A model generated the notes under the pieces. It did not search any database and was not told the origin of the DNA. It saw only the letters and a list, made by a program, of their open reading frames with translations. Shown here in pieces: positions 49,894 through 64,000 of a stretch of 64,000 nucleotides of DNA. Location: NCBI GenBank assembly GCA_002269645.1, contig NIVC01004006.1:1-64000 (forward strand), given 5' to 3'. How positions within the stretch are numbered: position 1 is the first letter of the stretch; each line of letters opens with the position of its first letter. This DNA is from Macrostomum lignano (taxonomy: Eukaryota). A program made the position numbers and the translations under genes.

Positions 49894-51830
49894 CTCCCAA
49901 CCAAGCCGCCAAGCCCTCTCATGTTGCCACAACCCTACTTGGAAGCGACGGGTGTGTACATTGTATGTACGAATATTCCTTCCTTTCCTTCCTTTTCCTT
50001 TCCTTTCTAACCAGCTTAACTCAGCCCAACGCCAAAGCCATGCAAGCAATTGCATTCAAATACAAATGCAGATTATGCAAAGCGGTATGCAGCTTAATCT
50101 GATGAATTTCGATGCAAAAAAGGCATTTTTTACATGAAAAAAGTATCGAATGGTTATGAAATTCAAGAAATTTGTTAAATTAACTATATGGAACACTGTG
50201 CATTGGTTTCAGTGCAAAATTCCTACCATTTCCGGTTTAAAAAGCCCCGGAACTAACATAAAAGTAAAAAGTCAAGTTTTCAGTTTTTTATCGATAATTT
50301 TTTACCCAATGAACCAAATCTCTAGAAATTGCACACAAATATGCTGCGTTATGTGGGAAATCAGATTTCATAAAAATATTGTCGTCCTATTGCGTTATTT
50401 TGCCTGATTTCAAGCAAAATATTAAAAAATCACTACTCTGATCGATTTCCAATCACTTTTGACACATGAGCACTTGTTGCAGACACTCATAAACTTGGTA
50501 AATTTTAGCCAGACATTAGTACAACTAATTGCAGTGTCCACATTTGATTTACCTCTTTTAAAAATTTAATCACCCATTTTTCTGGCACCCAATCAGCCAA
50601 AAATCACAAATTATCGATTTCTGATCGATTTTTGAACCCGAAAGCAGCGAAATCAGACGGCGGCAATTCAAACCAATATAGTACAGCAAATATGCTATAG
50701 AAATTCGAAGTCGGATTATTCGCACCATGTTCTCAAAATTATAATGAGCAATAATACGAAAATCATGTGATTTTTTTCAAAATCGATCTTTATCGATTTT
50801 CTCAGCACTGTAGAATCGTAGGAAAACAAAACTTTAGACACTTGTAGATTTTTGCATGGCGCATCTAACTGCACTGCTTTGAAGCCGAAACTCAAAAGGC
50901 TTCGTAGGAAAAAGTGGGGAAATAATAAAATGAGGGTCATTTTTTTACCCAAAAACCCACCAAAACTGAATAAAGATGTCGAAATAAATTAAAGCGCCAT
51001 ATACCATTTTGTAGGAAATTTAGTTTTACAACTTTTAATCTGAATCCTCAGATGTCGAAGCCGTATCTCGTAAGGTGTACCAGAATTTTGAGATCTCCCA
51101 GAAGCACTTTGGAAAAAATCGTCTTTCCAGTTAATTTACGGCTGATTTAAAGAATCTTTGCACTTGAGAGTATATTTATTCGATAGATCTAAAAGTTTTC
51201 TATCGATCGACACCTCACTCAACTCAATCGGTGCAGTGGTTGCAAAACAAAAGCATTTTTTGGCGAAAAAACGTGAAATTTAAAAATGCATGGGAGTCTA
51301 ACTTATTTACTGGTAAGTACTTTCTAGCGCCATGGGTAGAAATTACTCACTCGCCCTCGGCCCCTGGCGAGCCTCGGGTTCTCTCGCTCTGGCCCGACGC
51401 CGCCTTCGGAGTTCACGAAAGTGAACTTCGCTTTTGGACAGGCTCCAGTACGCACATTACTTACTATGCAGGGCATCTCGTCTCTCTGCTCAGGGGCGCC
51501 ATTCTTCAATTTTGTACAAAGTATCTACGCGTTTGCACAATTGCATTGTACGCTCGTACACTTACACACACTGTACCCATAAGTATACATGTATTTCTTT
51601 TCTTACCCAAGAGAAGTTTACAGTTGAGTAGCCAATAGAATTACAGAAGATTTTATAGGCTTTGTGTAGCTCGTAGCTGTTAGAACTATGGATATAATAC
51701 TAGCTCGTAGTCTTATAAATTCTAATCATAGAGATCCCGTTCAAGCTTCTGGAACTTTAACAGCAGTTTTCTTGAGATGCATTCGTTGTTTTTAGTGAAA
51801 CAAAAAGCGCAGAGCCATCTAACAACTGAT

Positions 51831-55699
<3,869 letters not shown>

Positions 55700-56034
55700 C
55701 AAAAATCATTCACAGTTTTCAGACACTTTTGAACTGAATACAACTTTTTACCGGTTGAATAATGTAAAGAATGTAATTAAGTACATTAGGTAATTAGTTA
55801 ACATTCGTGAATTTAGCGTATTGTAGCAGAGGCCCAACATCCAAGATCACTGGAAGTAGCCTAGAAGTAGAACTACACTAGCTATAGAAACCCTCGCTTT
55901 TCAAATTCGATATGTGCCAAATTCGTTCGCATGTTTTTTTCGCAAAATTCCTTACAAACGTAGACTTGCTTGTTTTTCACATCATTTTATACATTTTTGT
56001 TTAAAATATTAATTCTCATTAGTACGTAATAATT

Positions 56035-56304
56035 GCCTACACTCGCCCCAATTGGGCCAGTAGTGCAACCGACACCTCTTGCGTGCAGCTATTGCGCGGC
56101 GCATCTGAAGGCTGCGTACGGCTGTGGGGGTCGCCACACACACCCTCAATTACCCCAGCTAATGCTGGCACCCATTTTACAGCTGGGTGAACTATGCAGA
56201 GTTAAGTGTCTTGCTCAAAGGACACAAATTGTTCCAGTGGGATCGGGAATCGAACTCCCGACCTTCAATTCGTGAGTCCGACGCTCTAACCACTAGGCTA
56301 CAAC
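56035..56304 (-). mobile_element. tRNA-derived CORE-type SINE
   Basis: Reverse complement GTTGTAGCCTAGTGGTTAGAGCG...GGGAGTTCGATTCCC forms a tRNA head. It is followed by TGTGTCCTTTGAGCAAGACACTTAAC...CACCCAGCTGTAAAATGGGT, which resembles the MIR/CORE domain. Confidence 0.8.
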
Positions 56305-56464
56305 ATCTGTTGTTATTTTTAAAATAGAATCGAAATAAATTTACTTTAAGTGCCATTTTTTAATGAAACAATTATTTTTTACGCTTTATAGATATTTTTA
56401 TGCTACATCCTCTTTTTAGTGGATGGATTTTTCTAAAGTTCTTAAAATTTCTCGCCAACAAATT

Positions 56465-56650
56465 CATGGCTTTTGAGGGGTGGATACGTCCGACTTTCGC
56501 TCCCTGACCCCTGGTTCGATTCCGTGCGCGACCACATTCATGTGGGGCTTGTGTGCACAAAAATTGGAGTGTACATGTCTGACGATTAAAAAGTCAGGGC
56601 CGCTGTACACCCTGTGTGAGCTTGTGTAAGAGTGCATGCCTGCGTGCAGT
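56465..56650 (+). mobile_element. tRNA-derived SINE, family A
   Basis: GGTTCGATTCC B box plus core GTACATGTCTGACGATTAAAAAGTCAGGGCCGCTGTACAC. Confidence 0.7.
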
Positions 56651-57134
56651 ATTGGCGAGCTTGCATGTGCTCAGCAGTCAGTGGAATGGACATGAGTTGC
56701 TGTCAGCGCTGGTTGCGCGACCTGATTGTCGCTGAAGGCGCTGTATCAGGGTTTGGTGCATTTGACATCCATTAAACTGCCCACCGGAATGAGTGCAACT
56801 GAGGGGACTGGGGAGATTCCGTCATCTCTGCAAAAATCTTCCGACACCTCATTATACAGAGTGGTAAAAAGCAAACAGACATTTTAAAAGCTGCATTCAG
56901 CATGTTTGGGAGCTAATGGTCGAGTCCTTGTTTGCGCAGGGATGCTGCGTGGAAGGCAGCCTATATAGTGGCTGTCATTAGCTTGACGTTTCACTCGCAA
57001 ATATTGCCTAAAAGCATTCACTATATTCTCTTTAAACATGCCAATCACCCCCACCCCGATTAGAGCCTGCAAGATTGTCGATTTAAACTGCATGTCGAGC
57101 AGGCATCAAGAAAACCTGAAATTTCAAACCCGCA

Positions 57135-57896
57135 ATGTATCTTCTTTTTCTGCTAACTTTCGTCTTTTACAACGCCAGTCTCGCCAGTGCCATCTCCGAG
57201 GAGCCGCTCCAGCAATTCACCAAAATCGAAGCGTCGCTCTGCATCAACTACGAATTCTTGGAAAATCGCCCAGAGGCTAATTCGGTTTCCAGGTGCGCCG
57301 TAGCCTGCCTTTGGCGCGGCGAACTCTGCAAAGCCTTCACTACAGCTGAAGAGTTCGATGACGTGTGCCGATTGGCCCTGTTTGACAAGTGCAGCAAGAA
57401 TGTGAGAAGCAAATGTAACTGCACCACACGCGGACTGGTTTACGTCAGGCAGAGCTTGAGACTCACACCGGGATCGTTCTGTCCCGAAGGCTACTCAACC
57501 AGCATCTGCGGGGTCAGGTACCGATTCTACAATCAGGATTCGGATTGGAATGCCGCCAAAGCGAAGTGCGAATCGGAGCCTGGACTCGTCATCATGGCCG
57601 ACATCACCAATAGCAGTGAGAAGACTGCTCTTCACGACCTGCACCTGGCCAATAACAGAGACGGCAACAGTTTCCTATCAGGCAATAGAATATATTTTAA
57701 CAGTGCCGATCATTACGCTGGTTGGTTTTGGTCAAACTGTAACGTCAGCGTTGAAGCTTCTGTGTGGGCCGGTGGTGAACCAAATGGCGAATCAGCCGAA
57801 CCAATCATGGCGTACGTTGAAAATAAAGGTGTTTGCGACATTTCCTTAGAACAAAAAGGAAGCGCCGTGTGCGAGTGTCTGTCTCCGTTTGACTAG
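57135..57896 (+). CDS. Secreted PAN/apple-like + C-type lectin domain protein, intronless, 253 aa
   Basis: Hydrophobic signal peptide, then SRCAVAC...CKAF (PAN-like), then CPEGY...WNAAKAKC...WAGGEPNG...CD......VCE (CTLD with EPN). Confidence 0.85.
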   Translation: MYLLFLLTFVFYNASLASAISEEPLQQFTKIEASLCINYEFLENRPEANSVSRCAVACLWRGELCKAFTTAEEFDDVCRLALFDKCSKNVRSKCNCTTRGLVYVRQSLRLTPGSFCPEGYSTSICGVRYRFYNQDSDWNAAKAKCESEPGLVIMADITNSSEKTALHDLHLANNRDGNSFLSGNRIYFNSADHYAGWFWSNCNVSVEASVWAGGEPNGESAEPIMAYVENKGVCDISLEQKGSAVCECLSPFD

Positions 57897-58251
57897 CCTG
57901 ACCAACGAGAGCCGTTACGATTCAGAACTGAACAGAATGAACTGACATTATATGAAAAAAACCATACCATACCTCTTGTCTAAGAACAGCGCCTCGAGCA
58001 AAGTTGACAAAATAAATTGATTAACAACAATAATATAAGCAACCTTTGAAGCAACCTTCATGAAGAAGCAAACCAGGCATTCTAAATTTTTATTGGCGTC
58101 GATCGTGTTTTTCATTCTTTTAATATTCGTATGCCCGTGTGAAAACCATACTCGCTCGCTAGGCTAATCGTCTTAGAATAAATCTGTAGCAACCGTACCA
58201 AGGACTAATCAAGTAGAAGGACGGGAGACTACGTTTCTGGGAAGAAACCGG

Positions 58252-59281
58252 CAGGGGCGTAGCCAGAGGGGGGCAAGGGGGGCCGCGGCCCCCCCCCCCC
58301 AATCACCAACTCTGGCCTTGGCGCCCCCCCCTTATAACTGCGCTTTGCCGCCCCTTTGAAAATGCTGCCGCTTTCCTGGCGCCCCCCATAAATAAACTGC
58401 CCCCCCCCTATAAAGTAACTGGTGCCCGCCTAAAAGAAACTGGCACCCCCTAAAAGAAACTGGCACCCCCTAAAAGAAACTGGCACCCCCTAAAAGAAAC
58501 TGGCACCCCCTAAAAGAAACTGGCACCCCCTAAAAGAAACTGGCACCCCCTAAAAGAAACTGGCGCCCCCTAAAAGAAACTGGCACCCCCTAAAAGAAAC
58601 TGGCGCCCCCCCCCACTAAAAGAAACTGGCGCCCCCCCCACTATAAGAAACTGGCGCCCCCCCCACTAAAAGAAACTGGCGCCCCCCCCACTATAAGAAA
58701 CTGGCGCCCCCCCCCCACTATAAGAAACTGGCGCCCCCCCCACTATAAGAAACTGGCGCCCCCCACTATAAGAAACTGGCGCCCCCCCCACTATAAGAAA
58801 CTGGCGCCCCCCCACTATAAGAAACTGGCGCCCCCCCCCCACTATAAGAAACTGGCGCCCCCCTACTATAAGAAACTGGCGCCCCCCCACTATAAGAAAC
58901 TGGCGCCCCCCCCACTATAAGAAACTGGCGCCCCCCCCCACTATAAGAAACTGGCGCCCCCCCCCACTATAAGAAACTGGCGCCCCCCACTATAAGAAAC
59001 TGGCGCCCCCCCCCCACTATAAGAAACTGGCGCCCCCCCCCCACTATAAGAAACTGGCGCCCCCCCACTATAAGAAACTGGCGCCCCCCCACTATAAGAA
59101 ACTGGCGCCCCCCCACTATAAGAAACTGGCGCCCCCCACTATAAGAAACTGGCGCCCCCCCCCACTATAAGAAACTGGCGCCCCCCCCACTATAAGAAAC
59201 TGGCGCCCCCCCCCACTATAAGAAACTGGCGCCCCCTAACTCACGCCCCCCCCCCAATCAATATTCCTGGCTACGCCCCTG
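58252..59281. mobile_element. hAT-like MITE with 15-bp TIRs and an internal minisatellite
   Basis: CAGGGGCGTAGCCAG ... CTGGCTACGCCCCTG are perfect inverted termini. No clean 8-bp TSD was found. Confidence 0.8.
58420..59237. repeat. 20-27 bp minisatellite inside the MITE
   Basis: CCCCCTAAAAGAAACTGGCA (20 bp) changes to ACTATAAGAAACTGGCG(C)n. Confidence 0.95.
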
Positions 59282-59694
59282 GAAGAAAGGGAGACCCAGT
59301 GTTCATATTTTGATACTTCTTGGCTTTCTTATAGCTATATTTATATTCATAAAGCTGCAAACTGTCTTCTAAAATTTTCCAATCGTCCTTCTACTTGAGT
59401 AGTCCTTGAACACGTTACATAGATATACATCAAAGCGCGCTAAAATTTTTATTCTTCGATCTATAAACCTACATGGCACACCTTTTAGTTGATAAAGATA
59501 TGCACAGATCGGATAGTTATGCTTGGGGTCATACGACTCGTAGATTGGTATATTCGTATGGTACCGAAACCATGTCAGTGTGAGGTCGCGCAGTTTAATT
59601 ATGACATTAGGAAGTGTTAACTAACGGGATTACTGCTGTCTTTTGTCTGTCAATTTGAGTCTGTTATTTTACTGTCTAAGATACAGGTCTGCAA

Positions 59695-62600
59695 TTAGGT
59701 ATTCGACACCACCCTGGCAATTATTTTGTCCTTGTTTTCGGGCTGATAAGTTGTCGATTTCTTCCTGGTGTTAGGAGCTCCTTCTTTGCAAATTCCGCAC
59801 AATTTCGGGCACCGCTTGCGTCCGCTGGAACTGGCGCAGCAGGTGGTCTTCGCCGATGCAGACAAGCCGGCGCAGGTGGATTCGTCGGCGCATGAAAAGG
59901 CTGCGTCTGGTAATTTAATAACAGCGGTGCGATTTAGCTGAAGAGAAACTGAAGCTCTAGCCCAGGTGTCCTTCACTAGAGAAATTGAAGCTCTAGCCCA
60001 GGTGTCCTTCGGTAGAGAAACTGAAGCTCTAGCCCAGGTGTCCTTCACTAGAGAAATTGAAGCTCTAGCCCAGGTGTCCTTCAATAGAGAAACTGAAGCT
60101 CTAGCCCAGGTGTCCTTCGGTAGAGAAACTGAAGCTCTAGCCCATTCGGTAGAGAAACTGAAGCTCTAGCCCATTCGGTAGAGAAACTGAAGCTCTAGCC
60201 CATTCGGTAGAGAAACTGAAGCTCTAGCCCATTCGGTAGAGAAACTGAAGCTCTAGCCCATTCGGTAGAGAAACTGAAGCTCTAGCCCATTCGGTAGAGA
60301 AACTGAAGCTCTAGCCCATTCGGTAGAGAAACTGAAGCTCTAGCCCATTCGGTAGAGAAACTGAAGCTCTAGCCCATTCGGTAGAGAAACTGAAGCTCTA
60401 GCCCATTCGGTAGAGAAACTGAAGCTCTAGCCCATTCGGTAGAGAAACTGAAGCTCTAGCCCATTCGGTAGAGAAACTGAAGCTCTAGCCCATTCGGTAG
60501 AGAAACTGAAGCTCTAGCCCATTCGGTAGAGAAACCGCAGTTCAAGTTCTTTGCCGGGGGATCCTGTGAGTTCTAGTCCTGATTATCCAATACGCTCGTA
60601 GACGAGTAACTACAATCCCAGCTAGAGGATGCATAATACTGGAAAAGCTTTCAGTGTCGTCATTTTTCCTGGAATTATAAGTACTCGTAGCAAAACATGC
60701 AGTATTTAGAAAGTAGAGAAACAATTACCTTTGCACTGATCCTTTGACTTCCTTGAAGCGCCAGCCGCATGCAAAGCTTCGCAAGCTTCGTTGGAAGCGC
60801 ACAGACCGCGCAGGCAGTGAGGCAACTCAGCGGAGCAAGCGCTGCATGCAGATCCCACAGTGTAGGCCCTGCTTTTGTTGCTGCCTGCACCTGGGCCCAG
60901 CTCACCGTAGTTGCAGACCAACAAGTAGGCAAACTGCCGGCTGTCTCCGCCGCTGCCACCGCTGCAGTCTCTCAAGTCGCAGCCGACGTACCGAGCGGTA
61001 CCGGACACCAGATAACGGATTCCTGCGCAGCTGTTGCCATGACGACCGGCTCGTTTACACCGTCCAGTAGCGGCGTCAAACATCCGTCGCTGGTCCCACC
61101 AAGCCGCCGCCAAAATCTGCGGATCGGCCAGCCAATCAGCGGCCGTGCTTTGGCCCACGTGACCTTGCAGGCCGGGCACGGCTCGGTTCGCCGGCGAGTC
61201 CGTCTGGCCCGCCGTGCACTGGGCGGCCCAGTCGGAGGCGGTGGCCGCCAGGTGATCGTCCCACTCCTGTTGCAGAGCGGATGTGGGGCTTGTGCGTGGG
61301 AGTGTGTCATCGCAGTCGTTAAATAGATCTTTGAATCGAGCTTTAATTGTTTGGCGGGTGAGTTCATTTTAGTTCACGAGTTCATGAGTTCATGAGTTCA
61401 CGAGTTCACGAGTTCACGAGTTCATGAGTTCATGAGTTCATGAGTTCACGAGTTCATGAGTTCACGAGTTCATGAGTTCATGAGTTCATGAGTTCATGAG
61501 TGAGTTCATGAGTTCATGAGTTCATGAGTGAGTTCATGAGTGAGTTCATAAGTGAGTTCATGAGTGAGTTCATGAGTGAGTTCATAAGTGAGTTCATGAG
61601 TGAGTTCATGAGTGAGTTCATGAGTGAGTTCATGAGTTCATGAGTGTGTGAATGAGTGAGTGAGTAAGTGAGTGTGTGAGTGAGTGAGTTCATGAGTGAG
61701 TTCATGAGTGAGTTCATGAGTGAGTTCATGAGTTCATGAGTTCATGAGTGTGTGAATGAGTGAGTGAGTGAGTGAGTGAGTGAGTGAGTTAGTTAGTGAG
61801 TGAGTGAGTGAGTGAGTGAATGAGTTAGCGAGTGAGTGAGTGAGTGAGTGAGTGAATGAGTTAGCGAGTGAGTGAGTGAGTGAGTGAGTGAGTGAGTGAG
61901 TGAGTGAGTGAGTGAATGAGTTAGCGAGTGAGTGAGTGAGTGAGTTAGTGAGTGAGTGAGTGAGTGAGTGAGTGAGTGAGTGAGTGAGTGAGTGAGTGAG
62001 TGAGTGAGTGAGTGAGTGAGTGAGTTAGTTAGTGAGTGAGTGAGTGAGTGAGTGAGTGAGTGAGTTAGTTAGTGAGTGAGTGAGTGAGTGAGTGAGTGAG
62101 TGAGTGAGTGAGTGAGTGAGTGAGTGAGTGAGTGAGTGAGTGAGTGAGTGAGTGAGTGAGTGAGTGAGTGAGTGAGTGAGTGAGTGAGTGAGTGAGTGAG
62201 TGAGTGAGCGATTGAGTGAGTGAGTGAGTGAGTGAGTGAGTGAGTGAGTGAGTGAGTGAGTGAGTGAGTGAGTGAGTGAGTGAGCGATTGAGTGAGTGAG
62301 TGAGTGAGTGAATGCAGTTATCAATGCCTAGGCCTCACCAAAAGAGCCATGTTGGCAGCCGGTGGCAACTTGTCATCGCGTCCCAGTGCAATCCCCGAGC
62401 GCATCCGATTGTGCCAATCCAACAGCTGCTGCTTGATCCGCGCTGTCAGCACCGACTTGCCCAGTCGCGGTGGCACCAGCAGGTGCTTATTTCGCGAATC
62501 TTTGAACACGTGGGCGGCCTCTCCGGCTTGAGCTTGAGCCAGTGCACTGAAGAGCTGCGCTGCGATGCCCAAATCGTCGCTCCCGGAGTCGCCGTCAGTA

Positions 62601-62779
62601 CCAGCAGCGCCAACTGCAGCTGACGCCAGAGCCGCCGAAGCCATGGCATTCATCATAGCGTGCGGATCCTGCAGTGAGGATTCCACCGCATCTGCTGAGC
62701 CTAATAAAGCGGTCAGGATCAGACTAGCTAGCAGTAGCACCCAGGCTGAGGTGCTTCCAGTATCTGAACTGGTTGCCAT
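59695..62779 (-). CDS. CAP (SCP/TAPS) superfamily protein with Cys-rich hinge and C-terminal ShK domain (CRISP/VAL-like), 3 exons, ~396 aa
   Basis: join(62779..62339, 61266..60729, 59906..59695), GT-AG and in phase. Features include a signal peptide, LLDWHNRMR...AANMALLEWDDHLA..A..WA.QC, YVGC...LVCNY, CSAC....HCLRGLC, and an ShK-like CADESTC...CPKLCGIC. Confidence 0.88.
59942..60535. repeat. 36-bp (x5) then 29-bp (~x14) minisatellite in CAP intron 2
   Basis: Both units share the core AGAGAAACTGAAGCTCTAGCCCA. Confidence 0.96.
61365..62312. repeat. Compound microsatellite (GTTCATGA)n / (GTTCATGAGTGA)n / (GTGA)n in CAP intron 1
   Basis: Directly visible unit transitions along the tract. Confidence 0.97.
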
Positions 62780-64000
62780 AGCTATAGATTACGTTATGCG
62801 TTAATCCAGTGGCAAAAGCGGATCAGTAATCCGTAAGCAGATTTTGGAGTTATAGCTGTTAGAAATATTTCTATTTTTGGGTTTTATACAATTTTTATTT
62901 GTTTTGGCAGGTGTTCTTTTTACCGTATTTAATACACCAATTCGATAACTAATAGCCATATGATTTAATGAGCCCTAGCGCGTATTCCTGTCATACCCGT
63001 GTCGTTAGCTTGCTGAGCTAAATTTATTACATATACATGTAGGTAAGGTATACTGCAATTTCTACATTCGGCAGTTGGAAATGCACCTGCAATATAGTAG
63101 ATCTAGAGAGAGATCTAGAGAGAGTTCCGACGGCTATTGACTTTGATGACAGACGTGTATGTACTCTTACATTGCACCGACGTTCAGCCGATGTAGGACG
63201 TCGTTATCCGTAATAATAATATCCGCTTCACGTATTTCATGTAAGTGGGTACATGATGACTATCCACAAGCCAGAGGTTGCACAGAGCCCATTGAAACCT
63301 GCAAACCTAGCTGGGTGCTCGTGCTGCACATGCATGGTGACCAAGAACATATAGTCAGAGTACATGTATGCTACAATCGTTCAAGGGGCCATCAGGGTTA
63401 CTATACATGTAAGTGACTCCGAGTTAGCTGTTTCCCAATAATCCCACAATGACTAAAACAATTGCGAATAATTGTCGAACATATTTTGTGGGGGCGAAAC
63501 GGAATTACGAGTACTTGCAGTGCAGCAGTGTGTGCTGCATAAATTCTGATGGAATTTGGTTCGAGAAATTTTCTCGATCCGATTTGTCGACGTCATTTTT
63601 CCACTATAAAACAATAAAAGCAATAAAATATATTTGAAATAGTCAAAGTATTATTATTATTAATATTGCCAGAGTTTTTTGATATATCCAGGAGAAAACA
63701 AAGACAAAAAGACAAAATCACGAGTGTAAGACTGACAAACATGATAATTAATTCGACGACTGCGCATTCATTTTTCTACCATGCAAATTCTGTTTTTGGA
63801 ATCGGAATTCTAGTTCTGAAACCAATCTTTGTGAAAAGCCAAAAAGTACCAACTATTTAACTATTATCAAAATTCAAAAGAATCAATGTGGAACTTTTCC
63901 AAGGACGAGCTAAGAGTTGTTTGTAAAGGAGAATTTGATGACGAAATTAAATATTTGCAAAATAATATTGTCGGCCGATTAAATGATACCAAAATTCGAA

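Noticed and set aside
50150-51250. AT-rich region with transposon-like short inverted motifs
   Set aside because: Probably decayed DNA-transposon sequence, but no ends or coding remnant could be defined.

Overview
This is eukaryotic, repeat-dense animal DNA: spliceosomal GT-AG introns, TTAGGG-type repeats, SINEs and many minisatellites. It resembles a free-living flatworm such as Macrostomum, which is inference only. Genes reconstructed by hand are a chymotrypsin-like serine protease with a 1-nt frameshift (-), a divergent Wnt with 4 exons found (-), a complete 5-exon MFSD5 molybdate-transporter gene (+), an intronless Schlafen/AlbA_2 protein (+), a VWDE-like EGF/UMOD membrane protein (+), a PAN/C-type lectin (+) and a 3-exon CAP+ShK (CRISP-like) gene (-). 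Mobile DNA includes an RTE-like LINE fragment, two tRNA-SINE families, an internally deleted mariner, a foldback element with a 9-bp TSD, a hAT-like MITE, and two head-to-tail Helitron-like elements swollen by 23-bp satellites. The most striking observation is the ~624-bp tandem array at 1-9735. Each unit carries a canonical, symmetric phase-1 exon of 237 nt whose only open frame encodes a 79-aa, 4-Cys module bounded by KR and KRKRR sites. This suggests a tandem-exon secreted polyprotein precursor rather than a plain satellite. All gene models are hand-spliced and unverified by RNA data.
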